DNA of 60,468 bases, taken from a virus. Taxonomy: Duplodnaviria; Caudoviricetes. The notes beneath the pieces were generated by a model, which was not told where the DNA came from, ran no database searches, and was given only the letters and a program-made list of their open reading frames with translations. Shown here piece by piece: positions 27,217 through 36,048 of the stretch (within the stretch, counting starts at the first letter, position 1; each line of letters starts with the position of its first letter). Position numbers and translations under genes: made by a program. Where the stretch lies: IMG/VR virus record IMGVR_UViG_3300036793_000054, positions 1 to 60,468 of that record. One strand, given 5' to 3'.

Positions 27217-27729
27217 TCAGGCCTCTTGCGGGTCAGCGGCTTGCGGCAGTGGCTGGTTGGCCTCCTGCTCGCTGGCCCAGCGGTTGCCTTCGACCCGCCA
27301 CAGGGTGTCCAGGCTGCGCTCAGCCTGGATGCACAGCTGGCCGCGCTCGCTGAAGGTCGCGGTCTCCCACTGCTGGATCAGGGCTTCGACGCTCAACGCG
27401 ACCTGGTGCAGGGTCGGTACCGCGCTGGCCGTGTCGACCCGGTGCTGTGGCTTGCCGATCAGGTCTTCCCGCACGCCAGCGCCGTGCAGCTCGTGCAGGT
27501 GGCGCGCCAGGTCTTCGCTGGCCTGCTCGCGCGTGTAGCCGGGTTCGGGCTGGTGGATCGGGTGCTGGCACAGCGCGCAGATCGCCCAGCTGGCACTGTC
27601 GTCCAGCGCGGTGCCGTACATGCCCAGCTCGGACAGAGGCAGTACGGCCATGTCCATCGGCACTAGTTGACCTTCGTTCGGGGCCTCTGAATCGAGTACC
27701 CGCTGTTGATCTGTCGCACCCTCGGTCAT
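27217..27729 (-). CDS. Hypothetical protein
   Basis: ATGA overlap; CALC...HLHELH. Confidence 0.6.
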   Translation of the reverse strand: MTEGATDQQRVLDSEAPNEGQLVPMDMAVLPLSELGMYGTALDDSASWAICALCQHPIHQPEPGYTREQASEDLARHLHELHGAGVREDLIGKPQHRVDTASAVPTLHQVALSVEALIQQWETATFSERGQLCIQAERSLDTLWRVEGNRWASEQEANQPLPQAADPQEA

Positions 27730-28349
27730 ATCCGCTTCCATCCTTCGGTCTCGATGAACTCGGCCGGTGATAGCGCACGCCGAGTGGTCACTACCGTGCG
27801 ACGTGCCGTCTCCAGCCGGTGCACACCTTCGATCGCCGCATAGATCAACTCCTGGTCGGCCTGGGTGTTCGTGCTGCTCAGCAGCTTCTCCAGGTAGCCG
27901 ACCGCCTCCACCTCACCGAACGCGCCCTGCACGAAGCGCTTGATCACGAAGCCGACCGTGCCGCTGTCCGGTCCCGTCCAGTAGCGGGACAGATCCAGCT
28001 TCGCCGCCTCCAGCGCGGGCACCTGCCGCCTCGCCGCGATCTCGGCACGCGTCCGATCGTTCGCCGTCGTGCCGGTCGCCTCGTCCACCTCGTCCCAGAT
28101 CCACACGGTGTCGCCGTAGTTGCTGATCCCGCGTGCCCGGTAGAGCGTGCCGCAGTCCGCGCAACGCCAGCCCAGCGTGCCCCTGCGCGGCCGAGACGGC
28201 TGGCGGCACTGGTGGGGCTTCGGCCGGTTGTCGAGCAGCCAGATGCCGCGCCTGGCCACCGCGCGCCGCCACAGGCTCGGCGAGGCGATCGCCAGAACCA
28301 TGACCACGACCGGGCCGAGCACGCATGCGATCTCCAGCCAGGTCGGCAT
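27726..28349 (-). CDS. Membrane-anchored protein with HxCxxP...WRCxxC motif
   Basis: N-terminal TM; TGATG overlap. Confidence 0.6.
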   Translation of the reverse strand: MPTWLEIACVLGPVVVMVLAIASPSLWRRAVARRGIWLLDNRPKPHQCRQPSRPRRGTLGWRCADCGTLYRARGISNYGDTVWIWDEVDEATGTTANDRTRAEIAARRQVPALEAAKLDLSRYWTGPDSGTVGFVIKRFVQGAFGEVEAVGYLEKLLSSTNTQADQELIYAAIEGVHRLETARRTVVTTRRALSPAEFIETEGWKRI

Positions 28350-28709
28350 CAATGACTCACCGCCAGCGAGATCAGCGCCACCGCCATGCCGACCAGCAGG
28401 CACATCGCGGCCAGGATGATGTCCGAGCCGACACTGGAGCTGCTGCCGACGAACAGCTTGCGCGCCCACCTACGCAGCCGCTCGCGCACCGGGTGGCCCA
28501 GGTTCGACTCGGTGTGGCCGCAGCGCTGGCAGGTGAACAGCTTGCGCCGACCCATGTCGATCAGCCTGCCCTGGTCGAAGCCAAGATCGATCCCGCCGGT
28601 CGGGCCGTCCATGAACAAGAACTGGCTGGACCACGGCTTGTCCTGGTGATCGCACCAGATGCCGTAGCGCAACCGATACCGCAGCCGAGGAGCGAGTAGC
28701 GCCAGCATG
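28349..28709 (-). CDS. Hypothetical membrane protein
   Basis: CDH...CQRC, C-terminal TM. Confidence 0.55.
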
Positions 28710-28870
28710 CTCACCGCGCCCTCGCCATCCTGCGCAGGCAGTTCCACCAGCTCATGACCGGTTCCGCCGCTCGCTGCGCAGCACGCTGGTCCAGCTCAGG
28801 ATCGACACGCCGAGTGCGACCAGGCTCAAGCCCAGGCTGATCAGGCTGGCGAGGTTGACCGAGGTGAACG

Positions 28871-29602
28871 TCATGGCGTCGCCTCGCGCAGCTCCTGCAT
28901 CCACGCATCGAACCCAGCCCGGTCGGCCGCGCTCAGCTCATGCTGGTGGATGCCGTCAGCCTCGCACTGCGGACGGCCGGTGCGTGCGAACCACGTCCGC
29001 AGCTTGGTGCTGCAGGTCGTCCAGCGGGTGTCCACTCCGTCGCCGTCCATCTGGTCGCCCTCCCGCGCCTCACTCCAGGCCTCAAACTCGGCCTTGGCCT
29101 TGCCGTCCAGCATGTGCACGTGCGCGGCCTCGCCGTAGACACACGACATCCGCTTGCCCTTGCCCATCCATTCGCGCAGCTCCGGCGTGCACGGCATCGC
29201 CCAGCGTGCCTGCTCCGGCCACCGCTGCTGGGCGACCTGGCGCCGCCGAGCCCACAGCTGATCGCACAGCCACATCGCCTCTTCGTCGTTGCCGACCCAG
29301 GCGCGCCGCCACAGCAGGCCCATCAGGTCGCCTTCGTCCTGCTGGCGGGTGGCGGTCTCCACCAGACTGGCGGCTCGGTTCATCAGCTCGTTCATGGTGC
29401 GCTTCTCGCCAGCGTGGCTGTCGATGACGCCGGACAGTGCCGCGATCTTCTCGGCGTTCTCCTGGTTGGTCTCGGCGAGACGCTTGTTGGTGGTGAGCAG
29501 CTCGAGGTAGGCCTGCGCCAGGGTGTTGCCGTTGCCGCCGTTGTGGTCACTCTGGGCGGTCCAACTGAGTGCTACCTGGGTGGCTTTGTCGTGGTCAGCC
29601 AT
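28871..29602 (-). CDS. Hypothetical protein
   Basis: MADHDKATQV..., coiled coil then Cys/His motifs. Confidence 0.6.
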   Translation of the reverse strand: MADHDKATQVALSWTAQSDHNGGNGNTLAQAYLELLTTNKRLAETNQENAEKIAALSGVIDSHAGEKRTMNELMNRAASLVETATRQQDEGDLMGLLWRRAWVGNDEEAMWLCDQLWARRRQVAQQRWPEQARWAMPCTPELREWMGKGKRMSCVYGEAAHVHMLDGKAKAEFEAWSEAREGDQMDGDGVDTRWTTCSTKLRTWFARTGRPQCEADGIHQHELSAADRAGFDAWMQELREATP

Positions 29603-30479
29603 GCTGTTCACCTTCGGTGATGATCGTTTCAGTCTCGGCTGACTCTTGATCTTCGACCCAGCGCCGCGCCGCCACCCACTCGTCATGCCCGAAGCCGATC
29701 AACGAGCCGATATCGGCCACGCCAGTCCTGCCCAGCCCCGGGTCGGGCAGCGCCGCGATCGCCCGACGCAAGTCGTCCTGCATCATCTTCGGCATCACCA
29801 GGCCAGCACTCGATGCACTCGCCGAAGGAAGATCCACAGCCTGGAACGGCTGACCCTTCGCGTTCACTCGGCTGGACCGCCGCACCTTGGCCAGCTCGGC
29901 AGCCTCCTGCGCGCTCCCCGGTGGCGTCCAGCTGCCCTCATACAGCGACCGCCAGCGCTGCGGAACCTCGGCCAACCGGCCAGCTTTCGCCAGTCGCAGG
30001 AACTCCGCGTACGCGTCCGACTTCGACACGATCCCCCGCTCGAGGTGCTCGCGCAGCTCGGCAGTCGGCCGACCCATCGTGCCCTCCACTGGCCAGCCAC
30101 CCGCTGGGCGCTCACGATCCGGCTCGCCCGACTCATCCGCACCCGCGAACTCCAGGCGCCTCTCGCCCATCGTGTTACGCCAGTTCGGTGAAGCGCCGAA
30201 CGGCACCCAGGACAGCTCACGAGCCACCGCGCTCAAGCCAGCAGGCAGGCCGTCATGCCACACCAGGTAGGAGCCGTACTCGGGATGCAGATGCACCTGC
30301 TCGAAGTCGGCGAAAGACGCCCAGACGGAATGAGACCGGTAGGCCGTCGTCCAGCGCAGCACCACCGTGCCGTCGCCGAACACGATGCCTTCGTACTGGA
30401 CCTCGTCCGGCGGAGCCGCGATGCCCTTCGCGCGATACTCCTCGGGTGGGTTGGGCCGATAGCCCTGGAAGCGGAACAT
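29595..30479 (-). CDS. Hypothetical protein
   Basis: EGIVFGDGTVVLRW...HSVW N-terminal module; TGATG overlap. Confidence 0.6.
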   Translation of the reverse strand: MFRFQGYRPNPPEEYRAKGIAAPPDEVQYEGIVFGDGTVVLRWTTAYRSHSVWASFADFEQVHLHPEYGSYLVWHDGLPAGLSAVARELSWVPFGASPNWRNTMGERRLEFAGADESGEPDRERPAGGWPVEGTMGRPTAELREHLERGIVSKSDAYAEFLRLAKAGRLAEVPQRWRSLYEGSWTPPGSAQEAAELAKVRRSSRVNAKGQPFQAVDLPSASASSAGLVMPKMMQDDLRRAIAALPDPGLGRTGVADIGSLIGFGHDEWVAARRWVEDQESAETETIITEGEQHG

Positions 30480-30811
30480 CACACCACCGCCACGGTCGGC
30501 GCCGACCAGGCCAGGAACCGCTTGGTGTCCTGCGGCAGCCGGATCACCCAGCCGTCCGCCAGGCGCTTCGCCTGCACGCCGGTCAGGACGCGCCGCGCGG
30601 AGCGGACGCTGAAGCCGGTGAAGCTGAACACCGGCAGGTTGTCCTCGGGGTCGATCGCGATGCTGATGGTCGGCTTGGTGCTGCCGTAGCGCAGCTGGAA
30701 GTACCACATGCGGGGGGTGACGTGCTGTTCGATCGACACCACCAGCCAGGTCAATACGAGCACCGTGACCGTGCAGGCCAGGATGGTGTTCAGGAGATCG
30801 GGTGCGTTCAT
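30479..30811 (-). CDS. Hypothetical membrane protein (leaderless)
   Basis: TM helix; ATG 7 nt after TAGCAT. Confidence 0.6.
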   Translation of the reverse strand: MNAPDLLNTILACTVTVLVLTWLVVSIEQHVTPRMWYFQLRYGSTKPTISIAIDPEDNLPVFSFTGFSVRSARRVLTGVQAKRLADGWVIRLPQDTKRFLAWSAPTVAVV

Positions 30812-30818
30812 GGTGGTC

Positions 30819-30848
30819 ATGCTACCCGTTCGATCGATCGGGACACAA
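30819..30848 (-). promoter_or_regulatory. Repeated promoter/operator, copy 7
   Basis: TTGTGT-CCCGATCGATCGAACGGG-TAGCAT. Confidence 0.8.
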
Positions 30849-30851
30849 GGA

Positions 30852-31232
30852 CTACACGCTGACCGGTGCTGGCCACATCGCGACCTGAGTGCTGAAGCTC
30901 GGCCGCCACTGCTTCAACCTGGACCCACAGCCACAGCCGCCCGTGAACGTCACCACCGCCAGGCCAGCAGCCGTCTGGATGTCCGTGCCGCGCCCCGGCA
31001 GCAGGCTGCTCGCAGGCTTGACCGTCGCGGCGAAGTCGATCGGTGACCACCAGTCCGGCGTCAGGCCGCCCCACTCCGGCGTGGCCACGGAGGGCACGGA
31101 GGCATAGACGAGCAGGCCGATCGAGGTCGCGTACGCGCGCGTTCGGTGCAGGACACGGCCGTCCGGGAGTAGCACCGAGGCTGGCCACCAGGCGCGATAG
31201 GTGATGATCTTGGATGGATCGATCGCCGTCAT
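30852..31232 (-). CDS. Hypothetical protein
   Basis: C-terminal GGCGCGSRLKQW motif. Confidence 0.7.
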   Translation of the reverse strand: MTAIDPSKIITYRAWWPASVLLPDGRVLHRTRAYATSIGLLVYASVPSVATPEWGGLTPDWWSPIDFAATVKPASSLLPGRGTDIQTAAGLAVVTFTGGCGCGSRLKQWRPSFSTQVAMWPAPVSV

Positions 31233-31278
31233 GCTGGCATTCTCCCACGTGAGCGCTACTCCCGGACCGGGACACACG

Positions 31279-31635
31279 TCAGTTCTTGAGCCACTTCCCG
31301 CCATCGAGCTTCAGTCGCTCCAGTGCGTACAGCGCCACCATGAACGCGTTGCGCACCTGCTGATCGCCCGGGTAGTCCGGCGTCGTCGCCACCGGCAGTG
31401 CCAGCATCATCCGATCCACCACCTCGGCGCGCGTCGGCAGCGCGTCCATCGGCGGACCATCCGACCTTCGCCAGCCAAGCTTGCCGTCCGCCTTGCGCGT
31501 GACCTCCCACAGCTGATGGCAGTCGTCGCACTCCCACTGCGAGCCGACGCCAGGACCGAACTTGCCGATCCGGACGATCGGCGGCACGCGACACGTGTGT
31601 GCCTTCGGGGGCAAGCCGCCGTTGATCCAGCCCAT
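31279..31635 (-). CDS. Hypothetical protein with HxCxxP...WECxxC motif
   Basis: Motif shared with 27726..28349. Confidence 0.6.
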   Translation of the reverse strand: MGWINGGLPPKAHTCRVPPIVRIGKFGPGVGSQWECDDCHQLWEVTRKADGKLGWRRSDGPPMDALPTRAEVVDRMMLALPVATTPDYPGDQQVRNAFMVALYALERLKLDGGKWLKN

Positions 31636-31937
31636 CACGGCCTGCCCGGGATGTCGTCTGTGGTAAACACGGTCACCCGGTCGGCTGGCCGCGCGTCGCC
31701 CTGGTAGTGCACGCGACACAGGTTCATGATCGACTCGGCGAAGCGGTAGGCCTGCTCGGCAGGCAACTCCACCGTGGTCGCGGTGCCATCCTGCTCGGCA
31801 CCCTTGATCCAGACATGTGGACCATCCGCGTTGCTCGACTCGTAGACCTGCACGCTCTCCTGGAGCCGGTTGATCTGCGGTGTCGCCCGCACGAAACCGC
31901 GCAGGTTGGTGTCCATCCGCAGGTGTTCATTTGCCAT
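31635..31937 (-). CDS. Hypothetical protein
   Basis: VYESSNADGPHVWI; RBS. Confidence 0.65.
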   Translation of the reverse strand: MANEHLRMDTNLRGFVRATPQINRLQESVQVYESSNADGPHVWIKGAEQDGTATTVELPAEQAYRFAESIMNLCRVHYQGDARPADRVTVFTTDDIPGRP

Positions 31938-31953
31938 GTTGATCTTTCCTCGG

Positions 31954-32364
31954 TCAGTCGTTGTCGATGAACACGAACGTGTCGATGCCGCCCTGCCGCG
32001 CGTAGGCCGCCGTGTAGGTCGCGCCCCGGCTGCGCTGCCGGATCCCCGCGATACAGCAGTCCGCGCCCAGGTCGGCCATGCGCCGGTCGCGCTCCAGGTA
32101 GTGACCCGGACGGCCCGGATGCACGTCCGTCCGGGCATTCGTCCACCTGCACAGCTGGTCCACCAGTGTGTCCCAGCCCTTCGCGCCGCCATGCCGGTGC
32201 GTCACCGAGGGGTCGAACAGCTCGAACACTTCGCGCACCAGCGGCTTGCGCCAGGTGCGACTGCCGGTCCACAGCACGCACTGCACGAGCGGACCGCGCA
32301 CAGCCCGCCGAGCCAGCCATTCGGTCAGCCGGTCGAACTCCGCGCGGTTCGCTTCGTCGATCAT
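31954..32364 (-). CDS. SLOG/YspA-like (DUF2493-like) protein
   Basis: TGSRTW, HGGAKGWD, RDRRM, SRGATYT motifs. Confidence 0.7.
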   Translation of the reverse strand: MIDEANRAEFDRLTEWLARRAVRGPLVQCVLWTGSRTWRKPLVREVFELFDPSVTHRHGGAKGWDTLVDQLCRWTNARTDVHPGRPGHYLERDRRMADLGADCCIAGIRQRSRGATYTAAYARQGGIDTFVFIDND

Positions 32365-32501
32365 CGTTCGACCACCGACACGATGGTATAGCCCTGCTCG
32401 GTCAGGCGCTTCTTGGTGCTCTCCACCTGGTCCGGGTAGGCAGCCGCCTCGATCGGCTTCGCCCTGCCGCGCCGAGCGGTGATGATGATCGGCGCGTCCA
32501 T
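32361..32501 (-). CDS. Hypothetical protein, 46 aa (not in track)
   Basis: MDAPIIITARRG..., ATGA overlap. Confidence 0.5.
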   Translation of the reverse strand: MDAPIIITARRGRAKPIEAAAYPDQVESTKKRLTEQGYTIVSVVER

Positions 32502-32525
32502 CGTGCTGCGGTAGTCGCCCACGGT

Positions 32526-32696
32526 CTACAGCCCTTTCATGTTCTTCTTGACGATCTTGCTGATCGCGGACTGCGGACCCTCCGCCTCGTCCCGGTCGGC
32601 CGCACCATCAGCGAAGGCGCGCTTGACCGCCTCTTTCTTCTGCTTCTCGGTGAGGCCCTTTTTCGGCTTCGGCTTCTCGTCCTTCGGCTTGGCCAT
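32526..32696 (-). CDS. Small Lys-rich protein
   Basis: CCGAGGAG RBS. Confidence 0.65.
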   Translation of the reverse strand: MAKPKDEKPKPKKGLTEKQKKEAVKRAFADGAADRDEAEGPQSAISKIVKKNMKGL

Positions 32697-32712
32697 GATG
32701 TTCTCCTCGGGT

Positions 32713-32931
32713 TCAGATCCGGCCGTACAGTCCAGCCGACCGGTACTCGGCGGCATCGGCCTGGCACACGAAGCACTGTTCGCTCAAGTCCAGGTCGACA
32801 CCGTGCACACCGCAGGTCGGCCAGGTGTCGTCATGCTCGGCGAGGATCGCCCGCGCGGTCGCTTCGCGCATCTCGGCGCGCACGATCGCGAAGGTCTCTT
32901 CGGTGTCCGTGCCGACCACGTAGTCCGCCAT
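32713..32931 (-). CDS. Hypothetical Cys/His protein
   Basis: AAGGAG RBS; CGVHG...CFVC. Confidence 0.6.
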   Translation of the reverse strand: MADYVVGTDTEETFAIVRAEMREATARAILAEHDDTWPTCGVHGVDLDLSEQCFVCQADAAEYRSAGLYGRI

Positions 32932-32966
32932 GGTGTTCTCCTTGGTGTGTCGATCCAACGAGGACC

Positions 32967-32996
32967 ATGTTACCCGGTCTGAACCTCGGGTGACAA
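32967..32996 (-). promoter_or_regulatory. Repeated promoter/operator, copy 8
   Basis: TTGTCA-CCCGAGGTTCAGACCGGG-TAACAT. Confidence 0.85.
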
Positions 32997-33269
32997 GAGC
33001 TTCTTTAGGGCAGCCGCGCGCGACCGCCTGATCGCCTTCCGCTCCTCCGGCGATGTGCCACCCCAGATGCCGAACCGCTGATCCGTCGCCAGCGCCCACT
33101 CCAGGCACTCCGGCCGGATCGAGCACCGGCCGCAGACCACCCTCGGCTCTCGCGTGCTGCCGCCCTTGTCCGGGTAGAAGATCTCCGGATCGGTCTCCGC
33201 GCACGAACCATCCGCCCACTCCGGCTCCGGTGCCGCACGCCGGATCCGCACCGGCTCGTGCGTGGTCAC
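32970..33269 (-). CDS. whiB: WhiB-family transcription factor
   Basis: W...C..TDPEIFYP...CxxC.....C..WAL...FGIWGG.S..ER. Confidence 0.95.
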   Translation of the reverse strand: MTTHEPVRIRRAAPEPEWADGSCAETDPEIFYPDKGGSTREPRVVCGRCSIRPECLEWALATDQRFGIWGGTSPEERKAIRRSRAAALKKLLSPEVQTG

Positions 33270-33643
33270 GACGCCACCGGGTATCCCCGGGCGGCCAGCT
33301 CATCGGCCATGACGCGCACGAACAGCGCCAGCCGGGTCTTCACCTGGCTACGCGCCGCCCGCCATGCCAGGTGCTTCGCGCACAGCCTGCCCGGCACCTG
33401 CTCCGTGCACTCGATCCACGCACACACATGCGGCTCGCGGCGCTCCTTATAGACCTCGACATCCGGCGCGGTCAGTACCTCCAGTGCCACCACCAGGCGG
33501 CCAGCACGATCACCACGGTCGCGCTGGCCGCCGTTACCGTCGTCTTGATCACGATTGTCGCTATGCGCTCCCACGTGCGCCTCCTGCGAATGTGCCTGTC
33601 GATCTTCGTCCACGGGTTCATGGCGAAGATCGTTCCCGATCAC
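33266..33643 (-). CDS. Hypothetical protein
   Basis: Overlap chain; C...C...LCAKH. Confidence 0.45.
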   Translation of the reverse strand: MIGNDLRHEPVDEDRQAHSQEAHVGAHSDNRDQDDGNGGQRDRGDRAGRLVVALEVLTAPDVEVYKERREPHVCAWIECTEQVPGRLCAKHLAWRAARSQVKTRLALFVRVMADELAARGYPVAS

Positions 33644-34074
33644 GGCTGCACCGGCTTCACCAGGTCGGCCTGTGCCGCAGCCTCCTCTTCAGCATCCGCT
33701 TCAGCCTGCGCCTCGGACCGGCGAAGGTCCAGGTCACGCACCCAGGACAACACGACTGCCGCCGCCTGGATCAGCTCGCCGCGCAACTCCTCGGTGCCCT
33801 GCGCCTCGGCGAGACCCTCGAACACCTCTTCGGTCAGGATGTGCCGCCAGGTGAGCTTGCCGCGTTGCGCCGCGCTCTCGCAGACGTTGCGCGCGTCCTC
33901 ACGCACCTTGCTGGCGAGCCCGATGTAGATCAGCGGCACGTGCGGTCCGGTGCCGTCCGGGTGCGCCTGCACCTGCCACAGCTCGATCTGGCGGACAACC
34001 TCGGTAGCCACCTCGGCCGCGATCTGGCCGTCGATGTCAGCCACCTCGGCGACGCTCACGTTCCAGGTGCCCAT
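33640..34074 (-). CDS. MazG-like all-alpha NTP pyrophosphatase-like protein
   Basis: TWRHILTEEVFE...LRGELIQAAAV...W. Confidence 0.65.
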   Translation of the reverse strand: MGTWNVSVAEVADIDGQIAAEVATEVVRQIELWQVQAHPDGTGPHVPLIYIGLASKVREDARNVCESAAQRGKLTWRHILTEEVFEGLAEAQGTEELRGELIQAAAVVLSWVRDLDLRRSEAQAEADAEEEAAAQADLVKPVQP

Positions 34075-34256
34075 CAGTCCACCACCGTGAACGAGTCTGC
34101 CGGGTTGTAGCTGTATGACCGCTTGTCGCCCCGGTAGGCGATCAGCACTCGGCCGCCGCCACCGCGCGCCACCGACTCGATGATCCGTACACCCAGGATC
34201 CCGAGATCAACCTTGTTGCCTTCGCGCAGCGCGTGCGCGCGTCGCTTGATCCTCAC
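34074..34256 (-). CDS. Hypothetical protein
   Basis: Overlap chain. Confidence 0.6.
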   Translation of the reverse strand: MRIKRRAHALREGNKVDLGILGVRIIESVARGGGGRVLIAYRGDKRSYSYNPADSFTVVD

Positions 34257-34402
34257 TTCAGCTCCAGCTCGCTCAGGCGGAAGACTCGAGTCGAGCCATC
34301 CAGCTTGTCCACGGTCATGACCTTGCCGCTGGGACTCGGGTCGCCGACCAGCGTCACGTCGCGACCGGTCTTCTTGACGATCGCCTCCTGCGGTTTGCTC
34401 AT
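34253..34402 (-). CDS. Small hypothetical protein
   Basis: CCGAGGAGG RBS; MSKPQEAIVKKTG. Confidence 0.6.
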   Translation of the reverse strand: MSKPQEAIVKKTGRDVTLVGDPSPSGKVMTVDKLDGSTRVFRLSELELK

Positions 34403-34488
34403 CGCGCCCTCCTCGGCTTCTTGTCTTTGATCACGATGGTGCGCACGGTCGCGCCGTGCTGCACCACCGTGACCGTGCGCTTGCTCAT
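34399..34488 (-). CDS. 29-aa peptide (not in track)
   Basis: MSKRTVTVVQHGATVRTIVIKDKKPRRAR; ATGA overlaps at both ends. Confidence 0.5.
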   Translation of the reverse strand: MSKRTVTVVQHGATVRTIVIKDKKPRRAR

Positions 34489-34655
34489 CCGAAGTCATCG
34501 AACGCGTTGATGTGCTGCGGCTTGGCGCAGGTCCGGTAGCCCGGGCGCGGCCTCTTGTTGCACCCGGTCATCGCGCACTTGTTGCTCTGCTTCTTGTGCG
34601 CGTCGTGGCGCACCGTGTGTGTGGTCGGAACCACGAAGTCCTTCAGAAAACCCAT
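34485..34655 (-). CDS. Small Cys-rich protein
   Basis: CAMTGC...C...H; TGATG overlap. Confidence 0.6.
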   Translation of the reverse strand: MGFLKDFVVPTTHTVRHDAHKKQSNKCAMTGCNKRPRPGYRTCAKPQHINAFDDFG

Positions 34656-34879
34656 CAGTCCTCGTCCTCCTCGTCCCATGGCTCCTCGGCACCACAGCGG
34701 CGGCACTCGCCACCGTCCACCGGGTAGTCGTGATCTTCCATGTCCCACTCGCACCAGCCTTCGGGTACGACGTGGTGGATCTCGGTATCGAACGGGTAGC
34801 CGCACACGGAGCACCTGCGGTCCGGCGCGCGCTGGTAGTCGCCGGGACTCTCGTACTCGTGCTGCTCGGTCTCGCTCAT
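34655..34879 (-). CDS. Small acidic Cys/His protein (leaderless)
   Basis: CSVC...H...C...H...CRRC; ATG 6 nt after TAACAT. Confidence 0.65.
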   Translation of the reverse strand: MSETEQHEYESPGDYQRAPDRRCSVCGYPFDTEIHHVVPEGWCEWDMEDHDYPVDGGECRRCGAEEPWDEEDED

Positions 34880-34885
34880 GAGTCC

Positions 34886-34915
34886 ATGTTACCCGACGCC
34901 ACGCGGGAGACACAA
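34886..34915 (-). promoter_or_regulatory. Repeated promoter/operator, copy 9
   Basis: TTGTGT-CTCCCGCGTGGCGTCGGG-TAACAT. Confidence 0.8.
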
Positions 34916-34940
34916 TGCCCTTCGACCTGCGGTGATGACC

Positions 34941-34969
34941 GTGTGTCCCGCCAAGTCACCGGGTGAGAT
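34941..34969 (+). promoter_or_regulatory. Repeated promoter/operator, copy 10 (variant; upstream of transfer operon)
   Basis: GTGTGT-CCCGCCAAGTCACCGGG-TGAGAT followed by three TGGTACC. Confidence 0.65.
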
Positions 34970-35011
34970 GGTACCGTGGTACCGAAGTGGTACCAACGAG
35001 GAGAGATCAAC

Positions 35012-35170
35012 ATGAGCATGAAGCCCCTGGTGGCGATCGGTGCCAGCGTGGTCCTGGTCGGCGCGGTACTGGCCAGTCAGTGGTACCTCGCTGTCGGGAT
35101 CTTCGTCGCCTACGTTGGATGGACGCTCACCCGGACACCAGCCCGGAACCGAGGAGGGATGCACCGATGA
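35012..35170 (+). CDS. Small membrane protein, 52 aa
   Basis: GAGGAG RBS; two hydrophobic stretches; ATGA overlap with next gene. Confidence 0.7.
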   Translation: MSMKPLVAIGASVVLVGAVLASQWYLAVGIFVAYVGWTLTRTPARNRGGMHR

Positions 35171-36048
35171 ACAAGATCGACCTACGTCAGGTGCGGCTGC
35201 GGATCGGCGCGCTGATCGTGGTCGCCTGCGCCGCCGCCATCAGCTTCATGTCCAGCCGCGACCTCGCCGTCATGGCGCACTTCGGCTGGCTGTCCTGGCT
35301 GTTCCCTGTCTGCCTGGACGCCGTGGCCGCCGTGGCCCTGGACATCTGGATCCGGCGCACCGCCGCCCAGCGGATCGCGGGCTGGCTCGGCATGACCGCG
35401 ATCACCCTGTCCACCGCGTCCAATGCGGCCGACCACTACCTGTCCACCGGCATGGTCCTGGCCGCCGTGCTCGGCGTGGTACCGCCCGCCATGCTCGCCT
35501 GGCTGCTGCTGGTCCTGCACAAGCACGCCACCCCGGTACCGGTCACGCACCCGGTCTCTGTGCCCGGCGGTCTCGTGCACGCGCCAGGACCAGACCCAGC
35601 TGCGGTACCAGTGCCGGTACCGCAGGACCAGATCATCGCCGAGTACCAGCCGGTCCCGGTACCGCGCGAGATGGTCCCGGAAATGCGTTACTCGGTACCA
35701 GCCAGCGCACCTATCACCCCGGTGCCGGTCACCCGCGAGGACCGTCCGGTACCGCCGGAGACCGATGCCGAGAAAACCATGACCATGCCGATCATCGGTC
35801 GCAAGGTCGGTGAGCCGGGCGAGACCAGGACCAAGGTCCAGCCCGCCGTGCGCAAGGCCAGTGCCAGTGCGACTGCCAAGCCTCGACTGGTCTCGGTGCC
35901 GGTCGGCCACAGCAATGAGGAGCTGGCCGCCAAGCTGGCCGAGACCGGAGCGGTACCGCCGCGCCGGGAGATCATGCGCCAGTTCGGTATCGGTACCGGC
36001 CGCGCCACCACCATCGCCCGCAGGGCCGAGGAGCTGATCGCATCATGA
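35167..36048 (+). CDS. DUF2637/Spd-like membrane protein with C-terminal HTH, 293 aa
   Basis: 4 TM (AAAISF...WLFPVCLD...STASNAADH...VVPP), Pro/Val linker, PRREIMRQFGIGTGRATTI. Confidence 0.75.
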   Translation: MNKIDLRQVRLRIGALIVVACAAAISFMSSRDLAVMAHFGWLSWLFPVCLDAVAAVALDIWIRRTAAQRIAGWLGMTAITLSTASNAADHYLSTGMVLAAVLGVVPPAMLAWLLLVLHKHATPVPVTHPVSVPGGLVHAPGPDPAAVPVPVPQDQIIAEYQPVPVPREMVPEMRYSVPASAPITPVPVTREDRPVPPETDAEKTMTMPIIGRKVGEPGETRTKVQPAVRKASASATAKPRLVSVPVGHSNEELAAKLAETGAVPPRREIMRQFGIGTGRATTIARRAEELIAS

